From Octopus vulgaris (Eukaryota), in the NCBI GenBank assembly GCA_951406725.2, contig OX597831.1:1178001-1242000 (forward strand): a stretch of DNA of 64,000 nucleotides, read 5' to 3'. Each line of letters starts with the position of its first letter. Positions within the stretch are counted from its first letter, which is position 1. Position numbers and translations under genes: made by a program. A model generated the notes under the pieces. It was not told the DNA's origin. It was given only the letters and a program-made list of their open reading frames with translations, and made no database searches. Positions 40,036-54,215 of the stretch are shown here, in pieces.

Positions 40036-42183
40036 ATATATATTTTAGATATTGTTAGAGTTAGAGTAAATATTTTCATAGTAAAATGTCTATCATTTCT
40101 TATTGTTAACCACAGAACAGTGAAATAATGGAATCTATCACTTAAGACATAGGCATGCAAAGTTCCTTTTCTTAACCAAGGAGACACAATACCACAGTTG
40201 TAATACAATTTGAACATATGATCAAGTAAGCCTTGTTTTAACATCATAACTTTACAATTAATGTGCCACAAAGTGCTATTCTTGACCTTCTGTAGAATTT
40301 CATGGTCCACAAAGCTTATATTTATCTCCTATTTCTGAAGTTTTAATAGGATGAGAAACAAGTCTCTCTTCAGAGAGGTTACCAGTCTACTGAAGATAAC
40401 ATTTTTTGTGAGAGAACTTGAACCTGGTATTTCAAGCTTGAACCTGGTATTTCAAGCTAACTAATCAGTTGCTAGTATTACAGTGTTGTTGCTACTGCTG
40501 TTTACAACAATGAGATTAGATCATCCTGTTAACTGATTTAACACCTGAGAATTTGTTTCTTTGCGGTATCATGGGTTGAATGATTTTACAAATCTACACA
40601 TTTGTATATCATTCAAATATTGAACCAGAGACCAAACCAATACAAATTGGTTCTGTTACCTCATAAAGCATAGGTTTAAAAAAAAAAAATAGAATGCAGC
40701 AGTACCAGTGACAGGATTTTAACTCCCAACCTTTCAATTTGGTTGTCCACTCTTCAATTGATTCAACTATCTGCAATTCCTATAATATGACACAGAAGTC
40801 AAAAGAAAAAAAAAAGAAAAAAGTGCTGTCTCAGAAAAATTAAAATAACAGTCAAGCAATGTAGGAGGTCGCCAGTTTCTGTACTAATGACCTGTAATTG
40901 GTGGTTTTCTTCATTAACTAATATCGTTTTGGTATGATTATAGTCTATGGCAGCTAAATGAATAAATAGTTTTGTCAAATGTGACTGTGCTTTGCTAACA
41001 AGTCTCACTTCATCAAGAAAATATCAACAATCATTTCAAATAATGAAAGCATAGTTCAAAAATGGTTCATTACAATTTCTGACTTTGCTAGTGAAATCAA
41101 AAATATTTTCTTATTTCTCCGATGTTAGTTTCCTACTTCTCAGATAAAAGGGAAAATATTCTTCAGATTAACATCATATTTCAGGGATGAATCAACAACT
41201 TTCCTTTTGATAGCTGTCTAACATAGCTTATTTGGTTGACTACAAAATCTTTCACACATACACATATATCACACTATATATACAGTGTGTATTAGTTGTT
41301 GTTGTCTAGCCTTAGCACAATCCTAATCAAATTGATCTCTGATCAAAGTATACTCCAGCCGTGACCATCCTCCTTTACTTTTATTATTCAGACAGTTTAT
41401 CCCATACAACATTAAGAATGTATATATCGGAGAAGGGGTGTTAAATGGTAGGGTGTGTTTTGAAGGAAATTTTACTGGTATTTCTACTATGCATAGAACT
41501 TTTTCAGTAGCTGATGTGAGAAAGAGAGAGAGAAGGGGGAGAGAGAGAGAAAGAGAGAGAGAGAGAGGGAGAGAGAGAGAGAGAGAGAAACAACTAGGCG
41601 TTAACAGAAATGACATAAAGTGCAGATCACACATCACACTTTGATCAGAGTAGATGCATGGACAGATAGAAATGACATGGTAGATGTCTTGATGTACAAA
41701 CAGTGTAGGTGTTTGTCTTGGGAGACACACCGTATAACCAGAGACTAAACAGACACAGTATGTAGACACACAGACTAGATAAACAGACTCAGACAGAAGA
41801 TATTGAGTATACAAATATTACATAACAAAAAAAAAATGTCCAAAGAAATTAACGGTGGTCAACATCAGCAAAAAGATCATTTCTAATGTTCACAGATTTG
41901 GATGTTTCTATGCTGTAGGGAGAGGAACTTATATGATTTCATACAAATTGGTAAACTTGTATAGATGTAGGTAATGTGTGGACATATGAAATAAATACAG
42001 TGTTCAGATGTTGACTTTGTAAATAGCAAACAGTTAAACACAGTGTGATCATACTGAGTGGACAGATAGATGTAGTCTGTAAGTGTTAACTGAATAGATT
42101 TGATATTTGTAGATGTCGAAAGTAAATAAATTATACAGATGCAGGTATGGCTGTAGGTGTAAGAAGTTTGCTTCAAAACTATG

Positions 42184-42216
<33 letters not shown>

Positions 42217-42383
42217 AATTTATAGTATAAGATATAGATTCAGAATTGTGTGGCTATCACAGAAAGCTCCTCTTATGGACTCAGCTAATAGGCTACATAG
42301 TAATCCAATACAGAGACATATAATATAGAGTGTCCATGCAACAGAAATCTAGCAGATCCAATTGATGAGATTATTTCATGAGA

Positions 42384-42710
42384 AGTATATAAACCAACAA
42401 AGTCAGGAGGTATGAGAAGTGAATATATTTACTTAACCACTTGACATCCTTAGGAAAATGGTCATTTTGCAGCCTTCCTCATGGAGTAATAATTTCAGTG
42501 TGCATTAATATGCATGCTTGGCATTATACAATACAAATGTATATTCACAAATTAATGCAAATAAAGAAAGCAAACTCATCAGATCACCAGAATATCATGA
42601 TCACACCAATGATTCAACATAAAGAAGGTAGTAAAACCACTGTAACGCCAAGGATATCAAGTGGTTAAATAAATATATTCACTCCTCGTACCCTCTGGTT
42701 TATATATACT
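42384..42710. repeat. Imperfect inverted repeat, arms 50-65 bp, spacer about 195 bp
   Basis: ggtatgagaagtgaatatatttacttaaccacttgacatcctt versus aaggatatcaagtggttaaataaatatattcactcctcgtacc. Confidence 0.85.
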
Positions 42711-43674
42711 AGACTACCCATGACCCAGGAAACTCTGAGTTTCCCAGCAACAGAGTTTTGTTTCATGGTTTTTTTTTTCTTTTCCAGGATATTTTGCATG
42801 TTTTCACTGAATGTGACATTGAAATCACACACAAACGGCTCCTTTCCCCAGAACAGAAAAGATTTGACTGCTATTTCTTGCACACCCTGCTACCACGTAA
42901 CAGGTATTTTGGGTCCTTTATCACAAATAGCTGTTATGTGGTAGCAGGGCATGTTAGAAATAGCAGCTAAATCTTTGGAAGTGAGATATGTTAAATGCAC
43001 TCGAAAAAACCTATGGAAGAAAACTATTTCACACTGAGGTTATGAACGGTTCTTTTACGAAATATTTACATCATCATCATCATCATCATCATCGTTTAAC
43101 GTCCGCTTTCCAGGCTAGTGTGGGTTGGACGGTTCAACCGGGGTCTGGGAAGCCGGAAGGCTGCACCAGGCTCCAGTCTGATTTGGCAGTGTATTTTTTA
43201 AATCATTTTCACTTTAAAATATTTTTTAGATATGCCAAAAAAATTTTATAATGGTATTCACTTAAAAATAATTAAAAAAAACATTAAACTATTGTCTGTT
43301 TAAAGAAAGCTAAAATATACATACCTACATTCACTTAAAAATATTTCTAAATGAATAAAATATTGTGTTTAACAAAAGCAAAAATAGAAACATTTACTTT
43401 AAAAAAAAACCAAATATTTTTTCATTGTCAAATCACTGTCCAATCGAAAGGTTAGAGTTTCTTCTTTTCCAGGATGAAATTATAGTCGGAACATTTTCCC
43501 ATTATGTACCGTTTTAGGTATTTATACCCACAAACCCCGAATATCTCAATGACTACTGCTCCAATTTACATGAAACTTGCTTCATTCTGTTCGTAAACTT
43601 AATTCATTTCAGCGTAAACTTAATTCATAGTATTTTCCCATTATATACACACACACACACACATATATATGTAA

Positions 43675-43755
43675 TAGGTGTTGAGAAACTAAAGTATGAT
43701 AGAAGGACAGCCATCAAGATACCTGTCCTATCATACTTTAGCCTCTCAACACCTA
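43675..43755 (-). other. 81-nt fold-back hairpin
   Basis: taggtgttgagaaactaaagtatgatagaaggacag-12 nt-ctgtcctatcatactttagcctctcaacaccta. Confidence 0.85.
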
Positions 43756-43857
43756 GCACAAAGCTGCCTCTGTCCATACTGCACCCCTGATCTGCTGAAC
43801 AGTCTTGTCTTTCTGGCCTCACTTGTAGTAGTGCCATGAAAACAAAAGGCAGCCACT

Positions 43858-44000
43858 ATACTCTCCTACCCTGATGTAATCTCCAGGGATACAGGCATCC
43901 AGCAACAGGACCTCCGTAATGCCATGATGGACCATGAAGTCTGACGTAGCATGGTAAATTCCATTGTCTTGACCACGGTCGAACAATGATGATGATGATG
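43858..44000 (+). mobile_element. 3' end of a second RTE-like LINE nested in a family C copy
   Basis: LSYPDVISRDTGIQQQDLRNAMMDHEV*RSMVNSIV followed by (TGA)n; family C resumes at agagtggttagtattaggaag. Confidence 0.6.
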
Positions 44001-44110
44001 TAGAGTGGTTAGTATTAGGAAGAACATCCAGGCATAGAAACAAACACAAATGATGATAATATGCATATATATATATATATATATACCAATAATGGCCGAA
44101 ACCTATCAAA

Positions 44111-44149
<39 letters not shown>

Positions 44150-44499
44150 TACACCTAACAAACAGACATGTGTCAATACATTAGTATGATTAGTATTAGT
44201 ATTGTGTGCATCTGTTGTTTCCCTGTTTGTGTATACCAGTGTAAATATCTAATGTTATTTATTTACATAAAGAGATGTAAGAATTTGATGTAACTCAATA
44301 AGTGAACTTAACCATTTGATAAATAGTGATTGATAAAAGGAACACTAGACAAGGCCCTGGGGTTGATGCAATTAACTGAAACCATGAAGGCAGTACCCCA
44401 GCATGACTGTTGTTCAGTAACTATTAAGCAATGAAAGAATAAATATGCTCAGAGAGAGATGGCTTTGTTGTCATTTATTTTAATGTTGACCATCAATAC

Positions 44500-44775
44500 G
44501 CAGCAGAGCATGGGATTTGGAAGTAAACAGACTTATAGATGTTGACTAGACAAATAGATAGATGATAGACAACGGAGACCCAGCATACTGAATGTGACTA
44601 TACACAAACATATTCTATGTAGAGGTTCACTAACCATACAATGTCTGTGAGACCTGCCTCTGTCAACAGTTATGAAATTACTGTATTAACATTAGCCTCC
44701 TCCTCTGTTAAAACAAAAACCGCCTTCAACTATGCTATTATAAGTCTGTTATTTCTAAATCCCATGCTTCGCTAC
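44500..44775. repeat. Imperfect inverted repeat, ~38-bp arms, spacer about 200 bp
   Basis: gcagcagagcatgggatttggaagtaaacagacttata versus tataagtctgttatttctaaatcccatgcttcgctac. Confidence 0.85.
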
Positions 44776-45179
44776 ACACTGATGACATAAATGTATCTCT
44801 CTGAAAAATCAATGATTTTAAAGTAAGATATATAATAAAACATTAAAACATTAAGTACCTAACATGAAGGATAAAAGAGAAAATCAATCCTTCCAGGACT
44901 ACTAGAGTTTTAAAACACAACCCCATAACATAGTAATGTAAACTGAGTAAACTATTACTAAACCAGACTCTAATTATGGTTACTACCTTAATATAATATA
45001 TTATGGTATTGGAAATGACTAATGTTCTACAGTGTAGGACTAAATGCATTGCAGCGAATACTTTTAATCATGAGATCAATTTCTTTGTTTTATCAGTGGT
45101 TGTTGTGAAACTTCAGGTCAGCCCTGATCAAGCAGTCCTACAGCACACAGATAAAAAAATGATAAAGATCCTTCCCAAA

Positions 45180-45390
45180 TGGTTTCCCAGTTTCCATTTG
45201 CATATGTTGCCCACCTGGATGGGACACTGGTCTGTCATAGGATTACTCAATTTTGTCAGCTGAGTGGACTGGAGCAACATGAAATGAAGTGCTTTGATCA
45301 AGACCATAATGTGTTGCCTGGTCCAGGAATCAAAACCACAATCCTATGATCACGAGTCTAACACTCTAACCACTAAGCCACACACCTCCA
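45180..45390 (-). mobile_element. tRNA-derived SINE family E with a CORE-like centre
   Basis: Minus strand: gtggcttagtggttagag (A box)...ggttttgattcc (B box)...cttgatcaaagcacttcatttcatgttgctccagtccactcagctg. Confidence 0.7.
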
Positions 45391-46248
45391 CGCCTATGGC
45401 ACACAGATACTTGGCTAAACAACAAGGTGTGACCTGCAGATCATTCTTCCTTATTATACGATATCTTCAACTAACTGAGAATCATACTGCACACACCAAC
45501 ATGCAGTGATGAAAAATACACAAATGTATACAAATACACAAATAACAGATGTGATAATCATATGTACTTTCTATGCTGGCCTGGGCTGGATGGTCATCAT
45601 AGTCAGTTCTTAATTAAAGATACTACTCTTCCAGATGGATCAGAGAACTACACTTCAGTCATATGTTTTGTTTATGGCCAGGTTTCCATAACTGGATGCT
45701 CTTCCTATCACCAATTCATTTACTGAGTGCATTTTATCATGGCACCAGCACTAGGTTAAAGGTCCTTTCCACCCCCATGTCTCCATTTGCTCACCAACCA
45801 TTTTACAGATGTCTCACTTGAGTGAATTTTTAGTGGCATAAATACTAGTGGGGGGTTGTCTGGTACCCAAAGATTAGAGTGTTCTCACCATTCTGTAAAG
45901 AGTATATTTTACTCAGTGCTACATAACTGAGGTGGGGAATATAAGTGACATTAATGACATGAGGAGAGCTAAGTTGGATGGGAAAGTGGAATAGGCATGT
46001 AACAGTAGAAACAGAGTGATTGGAATGAAAAAGTGGTAAAAGGGGATAGTTATAGGAGTTGATACATGGATAGATATAGGAGTTGATAGATGGTAAGAGT
46101 GAATAATGGCTGTCTATACTATGGCCACATGTGGAACAATAGAAATAGTAAAGATAAAGTGTTTAGAATACATGTGATCTGATGTGATCTCTGCGATAAC
46201 TTAAGAGAAAGATGATAAGTCCAGTGACATCTCTAGTTGTACTGGAAG

Positions 46249-46290
<42 letters not shown>

Positions 46291-47473
46291 CTTGTACAAA
46301 CATACACTTATATTATCATCCTTTACCATATTAACAGCAAAGTACAGCGAAAGTGAAAAAGAAAAAGAGTGAGTGATAGAGAAGTATGATAGAGTGATGC
46401 AGACATCACACACACACACACATAGATTTCACCCACAAAAATCTTATATGCAATTCCGGTGATTTGAGATCTGGTCAGGCTTTACTTCATGAGGAGGTTT
46501 AAGAAGACTGAAATATGTCCTCAGTTGTCATCTCATACTGCTGATGATTAAACTCACTCTTCACTATATTCTTACATCCTATATTTAATTAATTTAAATT
46601 AATTAACATCTCAGAGTTGTCTCCACTCCCTTTTCTAACAAGAATTAGTTATTCAGAAAGGGATCAATCTCCTCTCTAAACACATAATTTTGATTAATGA
46701 AAATTTCTTCATCTTACAACGTCAAGTATTCAAATGCTTGACTATTAAGATTTTATGAAATGTAGTTTAATTGCTATGTTGTTCGACAGATTCATTCCCA
46801 AAGTCTTATGATGTGTAAAGTTCTGAGAATATTTCCCAGATACCAATTCTGTGCAAGGCATTGGAAAGACTTGTCCTTTTTATCATTTTCATCAATAGAA
46901 GTGTTTCACTGTAATTTCACCATGTTGTCATTGCAGCTAACTCTTGTCATCTGACATGTTATTGACTTGATTCAATGACTTTAAATACAGTGTGTACGTG
47001 TATGCGTTTGTGAGAGATAGAAAGATAAGCATGTGAGTGAGAGAGACAGAGAATGCTCTGAAATACAAATATGTGTATGTGCACACATACATGTATGACA
47101 TAGAAAGATGAGAATGTGTGTGTGTTTAGTTGAGAGGGAGAGAGAGAATGTATGATTTATATAAAAGAGAGAAAGTAACTGTATGTGTGAGAGCAATATA
47201 ATCTGTTTGTGTTTGTGTGTGCTTCTGAATATATATTTAGATGTCTGCATATATTCGCTTAAGTTCAGAATCTTGTTCTTCTGTTTTACATTTTCAGTTT
47301 AAAACAGATAATCTCAAGTGGCAGAATAAAGATACATACATATTTGTGTGTGTGTGTGTGTGTGTGAGTGTTCAATTTTAATAATACAAATCAAATTGAA
47401 ATGTGCAAAGAAAATGTTATATATGTGTGTACATAAGTGTTTACATATATCATATAGATAGACTTTGAGTAAA

Positions 47474-47509
<36 letters not shown>

Positions 47510-47560
47510 CATACACACATACATACATATACACCTTGACTTTCAAACACACACATATTA

Positions 47561-47592
47561 ACTAGTATACCTGTGCCATCAAAAATGACAGC
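47561..47592 (-). mobile_element. Helitron-like 3' terminus
   Basis: Minus strand: hairpin gctgtca-tttt-tgatggc, 9 nt, then CTAG followed by T. Confidence 0.5.
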
Positions 47593-48730
47593 ATTTTAAA
47601 AGAAAAACGCTGAAACTAATATTTAATAACAGTATCAAAATAACATACATTCCATATATTTGATATAGACTTATTACAAAATATCATATATGACCAAACT
47701 AGGTTCTGATCAAAGTTCAAGTACCAAAAGTAGTAGGTTTATCAAATTTAGCACACATTCCAGAGGGCATAAATATAATATCATTATAACATGTCCTACG
47801 TATAAAAGTTGTTATAGTGAAGCATACATGCATCACAATATACAAATCATGTACAATGTATGTCCACAGTATATACTTCCTATGGTTAACATGTATTTCC
47901 ATGTAAAATATATTACAATTTTCAAAGACAATACACATATACAACATGTGCTTTAAACAATGTACATCTGCATCGTATGGTGCATCATAGATTACTGAAC
48001 ATAATTTAGACGTGCCTTCACTGAGGCTTTGTTGTGAAAATAATTGCAAAGACATATCTTTAGGTAGTTTTTCACTATGTAAACAGTTTCATGCTTAATT
48101 TAGCAAATCTTTTATTCCAACATGTTTGTGAAGAACCTATTTCCAATGAGATTTCCTTATTTCAATGTACAACCACAAATTATTCTTATTTCTATATGAA
48201 ATGTGTGTGTGTGTGTGTGTGTAAGACTATGCAACAAAGTTTATTATAGAAGATAGACTATAATAGATGCTGTCATGTATTTTTGTCCCAAAATGTTGAA
48301 CTTCTGACTATCTTTATTATTCTACAACTGAACTACATGAAAAAAGAAATTATGTAAATAAGCAGTACACACACAGCGCTCTCTCTCTCTCTCTCCCCCA
48401 GGTATTTGTGTCTGTGTGTGCATGCATGTGCTAAGGTTTACTCTGGTCTAAAAATTGTTGTTGCTGTTTATATTGCATTGCTTTTTGTCATGTAACTTAA
48501 CAGTTCAGCAAACAGATAATTATGAAAAATAAGTACAAGATAGAAGTAAGTACTGGGAGCAATATAATCAATTAAAAACCATCAACACAACAGCAGCACA
48601 ATGAGAAAAATGAGTAAAAGAATAAGAAAAAAAGAGTATGTTTGATTATGGCAGAAGACACTTGTCTGAGGTGCTGTGTATTAAGATTGAACCAAGAATA
48701 CATGATGCCAAAACAAACTTTTTAACCAAG

Positions 48731-49095
48731 GCTGCATAGTAAGTAGCTTGCTTACCAACCACATGGTTCCAGATTCAGTCCCACTGCATGGTACTTTGAG
48801 CAAGTGTCTTCTACTATAGCCTCAGGCTGACCAAAGCCTTATGAGTGGATTTGATAGACGGATACTGAAAGAAGCCCGTTGTATGTGTGTGTGTGTGTGT
48901 GTGTGTGTTTGTCCCCCACCATTACCTGACAACCGATGTTGGTGTCTTTACATCCCTGTAACTTAGTGGTTCGGCAAAAGTGACCGATAGAATAAGTACT
49001 AGACTTACAAAGAATAGATCCTCAGGTCAATTTGTTCTACTAAAGGTGGTGCTCCAGTATGGCCACAGTCAAATGACTGAAACAAATAAAAGAAT
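48731..49095 (+). mobile_element. SINE family A
   Basis: gtaagtagcttgcttaccaaccac...gactgaaacaaataaaag. Confidence 0.85.
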
Positions 49096-49367
49096 ACTAC
49101 CATATGTAGCATGGTAGTGAAACACTTGAGCTATGAGATTGCATTTGTTTAGTTTTTGAGCTATTTATTTATAAAATGAATTATTATTAGAAATGATAGG
49201 CAAGTTCCCCAAGTTTTCATTGTTTATTGATTGAGGCCTATACAAAGTAAAACAAGAATTATTGAATACATTCTTTCTTTGGTAGGCATCACTTCTACCA
49301 TCCCATCCACACTGTCCAAATCAATCCTAACATTCTGGCGAAGCTCCCTTAGCAACTGTATACATAC

Positions 49368-49426
49368 ATCTCCCACTGACCATCACCATGTAGTGCTATA
49401 GAGACGTTATCACTCTCCGGATACAT
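49368..49426 (-). CDS. Candidate exon (MYPESDNVSIALHGDGQWE if phase 0; frame and end uncertain)
   Basis: Strong acceptor cttttctgcctttgttctgtttttatAG; possible donor GTATGT; non-repetitive, CpG-containing. Confidence 0.3.
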
Positions 49427-50269
49427 CTATAAAAACAGAACAAAGGCAGAAAAGATCTTTTACTAAGTGGTCTTCACAGCTACAGTTAACTGCTTCATAG
49501 CCCCTACCTACATCATGGATATACATAGCCCCTTAGCTGAAGTGATGACGTCCAGTGTAACATGTTGAGTACCCTGAACCAATTTATGTACAATAAGAAT
49601 ATAGATTGATAAAAACTTGAAGGGACCCTTTAATACAATCACAGGCAGCTTCTCTATTGCTAGTGGTACAATAAAATGCACTCCATGTTGTAAAGAGATT
49701 GTGATAGGCAAAGCATCTGACAGTGTAAAAAAGAAAGGAACAAATGAATATAGATAATGTAGGATAGGAGGGGCTCTCAATCTTCTCAGGCACACCATAA
49801 CCTGTTTACTGCTAAAATCCACACATGAAAATAATATTGATAACAAGATACTGCAATAAGTAGTGAGATGAGGGACTGTGGTGAAGGTTGCAAGACAAAA
49901 GGTTGCAGTGGGTGATAAGATGTAGGAATGCAGTCACTCAAGCCAAACCACAAATAACCCATCAAGGAGAACAGAAACTCCAAATAAAAATTAATGCAGG
50001 GTGAAAGGGACACTTGAGTTCTTTTTGTGTGGACAACCTCTCTACTGGCAATGACACGAAATAATGTACTCAGTACACGGTGTGAAGTAGCTGGCGACAG
50101 GAAGGGCATTCAGCTGTAGAAATCATGCCAAAAATGGTGAGACATGATTTTTGCAAGATGCATTGCAGGCCATCCCTCTAGGAATGGTAGTAACTCTGAA
50201 TAAGCATCGAAATGGACTGTGACAACCCATACCATTCATGCCAGTAAGGGAAAACAGGTATAAGAATAA

Positions 50270-50345
50270 TGATTATATATATATACATATATATACATAT
50301 ATATCATATATATATATACATATATATACATATATATACATATAC

Positions 50346-50393
<48 letters not shown>

Positions 50394-50431
50394 ACATATA
50401 TATACATATATATACATATACATATATATAC

Positions 50432-50480
<49 letters not shown>

Positions 50481-50509
50481 CATCATCATCATCATCGTTT
50501 AGCATATAT

Positions 50510-50570
<61 letters not shown>

Positions 50571-50580
50571 CACACACACA
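50270..50580. repeat. Compound (TA)/(TACA)/(CAT) microsatellite
   Basis: Read directly. Confidence 0.95.
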
Positions 50581-50883
50581 CGATTTATATGCTACTTACA
50601 TGACAGATTATGGTTCTAAAACTATTCTTTTCACAAATTCAATCTTTTTTTCATCCTATGGAACTCAAATATTTAATCCTTCAGTGTATATAAAACTAAT
50701 GAAGTAATAATGATTGATGTGTCACACACACACACACAAGAGTTGCAGTTATGCATGAATGATGACTGATAGGTAGATAACTAGTTAAATGGACAGACAT
50801 ATATATATATAGACAGATGGATGGACAAACAGACAGATATAGATACGAAGATAAGAGAGCAGAAGGGGGGAGGAAGAGAGTAG

Positions 50884-50935
<52 letters not shown>

Positions 50936-50983
50936 AGAAAGATGAGAATGTGTGTGAGTGGCTGTACAAATATATAGACTTAC

Positions 50984-51014
50984 TGTGGACAGCAAACAAA
51001 GGATTACAGCAAAC
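50984..51014 (-). CDS. Candidate 31-nt micro-exon
   Basis: tttcAG|gtttgctgtaatcctttgtttgctgtccaca|GTAAGT; canonical splice sites, no homology recognised. Confidence 0.25.
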
Positions 51015-51749
51015 CTGAAATTTATTTTCTAAATGTGTTATTTTGTTTTTACTGTTTTCATTGGAATTCTTTACCAAAAGTATGAAAATAAAACTGATAC
51101 GCTAGAGTTCTTTAAGGTTTAAAAGTATTTATTTGAAATATATCTTTTAATCTTTTTCAATTAATTTTCTTTCCTTGCATTTAAATTTAATGATTTCCAA
51201 TTTAATACACAACCTTCAGTCACAAATATATTTTAACAGAATAATTGCCACTTTTATCTTCTGCGTTAGATCTATGTACAAAATAGTGTAATGAACGGAG
51301 AAACACTTAAATGTTTTTCTCTTTCTTATTCATACCAAAACATCTAAAATGAATCACTTTTATTTCAATGTCTAATCACTAGAATCCGAACACTTGATTT
51401 TCTCAACAATTGGCAATCACAGTTTATGCAACTAAAATTTTAGCAATGTTTATTGGATTAGTTCATTTTGTTGTTCTTTTTTCTATGAATTTCTCTGTTC
51501 ATTATGCTTTGGTGAAACTTATGTCACTTTCAGCAACAGAAAGTATAATTGAGAAGCTATTGCTTAGGGATGTGGATGTCCACCTAGTTTTGATCAATTT
51601 CTGTACATGCACTGTAAAACAGGCTGAAAATCATGGCATGACTTTATTTTCTTTTTAGTATATACATATGTGTGTGTGTGTGTATGTGTGTGTGTGTGTG
51701 TGTGTATGTGTGTGTGTACTCACTTCTTTAAAAAAAAAGTGATTATGCA

Positions 51750-51953
51750 CTCTTTAACTTGTTTCAGTCATTTGACTGTGGCCATGTTGGAGCACCGCCT
51801 TTAGTCAAGCAAATCAACTCCAGGACTTATTCTTTGTAAGCCTAGTACTTATTCTATCGGTCACTTATGCCGAACCGCTAAGTTACGGGGATGTAAACAC
51901 ACCAGCATCAGTTGTCAAGCGATGTTGGGTGTCAAACAGACACACAAACATAT

Positions 51954-51986
<33 letters not shown>

Positions 51987-52172
51987 TCTATATATATATA
52001 TATATACAATGGGCTTCTTTCAGTTTCTGTCTATCAAATCCACTCATAAGGCTTCGGCCAGCCTGAGGCTATAGTAGAAGACACTTGCCCAAGGTGCCAC
52101 GCAGTGGGACTGAACCTGGAACCATGTGGTTCACAAGCAAGCTACTTACCACGCAGCCACTCCTAAGCCTAG
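51750..52172 (-). mobile_element. SINE family A, full length
   Basis: Reverse complement of the family sequence. Confidence 0.9.
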
Positions 52173-53989
52173 GTATATATTTGTATACATTGTATATATT
52201 TTCTCATTTCACTTTTCTAAAAACTCTCTGTAGGTCCAAAGCACCCTAAATGCATTTAGAATTTGCTATCCACATCACATTATGTTCTTGCATATAAATG
52301 TATTTTTCATGTTATCGACACTAAACAATAGCTACAGCACCTTTCTTAGCATTGTACTCTCTTCTCATTCATTATATATAAAGATATTTACTTTGAGATA
52401 TTTTGATTTCTCTCTTATAGGAGAATTTTAACTAACACATACATACGTGTTTAAACTAAGTGATGCAACTACAGATAGAAATTTACATGCATTCACACGA
52501 ATATACACACATTTATATATGTTTGTACATTTACACACACACACACACACACATATATACACATACATACAATAGTGTCACTTAGTTTAAAGACAGAGTT
52601 TATTGATGATTAAACATTATTTCCCTTTATGTAATTACAATTCAAACAAAATATCAATGAAAGGATAACTCTTTATTCTTTTAAATGATATAAGTTGAAA
52701 CAAAAATTTTAATTAGCGTAACAAAATTATTGATAGCAGTAAGAGTAAAGCCACAAAAATAAATGTCACTCAATTTAAGAATACGTGATGATGAAAAAAA
52801 GAAATGTATTTTAATTTTACTCCATATCAGAAAAACAAACTAAACTATTAATAACTATTTGATTATATGATCCCATGAACAAGACATGATCAAGATCCAA
52901 CTGCATAAGCTAAAATGAACTTCTTGAGTCATAAATGTTACATTAGATGCTCACTCAGTAACTGTGGCCACGAATATTTTCAATGAAACTGGTGGCTCTT
53001 TTGATAGTTGTTGATTAGATGAGCCATGAAAAATGACTAGAAGGAAGCTCCTACAGCAATGACTCAAATGCCAAAATGTACAAGAGCAACAACATGCTTT
53101 TACTAATCACCTCTTTTACTCTGTGAACTATCTCCCCTTCTAATCAATTGTTTTCTATCCCTATTTCTTTGTTAGAGTAAATCAGTTCTCTTCAGAAAGA
53201 TCCACTACTAGTTAACTAATCTAGTTGCCATAGTCTCTACACAATGCATTTAGCTTCCTGTTGCTGAGCACAGAGTCAAGTACTGGGAATCAATTTAATC
53301 AACTGTTACATCTGTTGTATCAATTCCAAGTCAACGTCAGTAGGATTTGAACTCATAATTTGAAGATACACAACTAAATACTGCAATGTATTTTATCTCT
53401 CACTTTACCAAGTTTTCCAATACACAGTCCTTTCTAACAGTGGCACACGCCTACAGATGTTATTTTTGAAGAGGAGTCAATTATATCAACCCCTTCAACT
53501 CCAGCATTTGACTTGGTGTTTTACTTAATCAAGCATAGAAGAATCAAAAGGTAGAGGTGGCACTGGGTGGATTGGAAACCAGAACAACTAAACATCGGGG
53601 GTGCAATTAAACACCTCCATTCTGCTACTCCACCACCTTTACAAATAATAAGTAGATCATTACCAAATATTTATCTATTGGCTATAATGTGAATCAGTTG
53701 TAAATGATTAATACAATATACCTTACAATTTTCATATAAAATGTACAAACAATTTTCTCATTAGTAGATATAATAAAAAACAAGTCAAGTAGATTCATTT
53801 CTATGGAGCACGTTTCGTTTCAAACCTCTCTCTGTTTTTATTTTACCCCCCATGTCTGTTTATTTGAATATACCTATATGTGTGTGTAGACGCACACATA
53901 TAAAATATATACAAGGGTACACAAATATACACATAATCACTTGGTTATAGGAGTGAACACATATGTATATAATAAAACTATAAATCTTC

Positions 53990-54181
53990 ATTAATAAAGA
54001 TTGTATATACTTCAATATAAAAGAGCATATATATACATATATATGCATACATGTACATATACAAATATAAATATATGCATATATATATACATATATAAAT
54101 ATATACATATACATATATAAATATATGCATATATATACATACATACATGCATATATATACATACATGCATGCATGCATACA

Positions 54182-54215
<34 letters not shown>

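Noticed and set aside
40417-40458. 20-bp perfect tandem duplication (a similar one at 43592-43628)
   Set aside because: Ordinary slippage duplication.
45320-45390. tRNA-like sequence (also the heads of SINE A and B)
   Set aside because: Only A/B boxes within SINE heads; no complete cloverleaf.
46600-46900. Faint similarity to a decayed transposase (also 57140-57520)
   Set aside because: Needs several assumed frameshifts; cannot be supported by eye.
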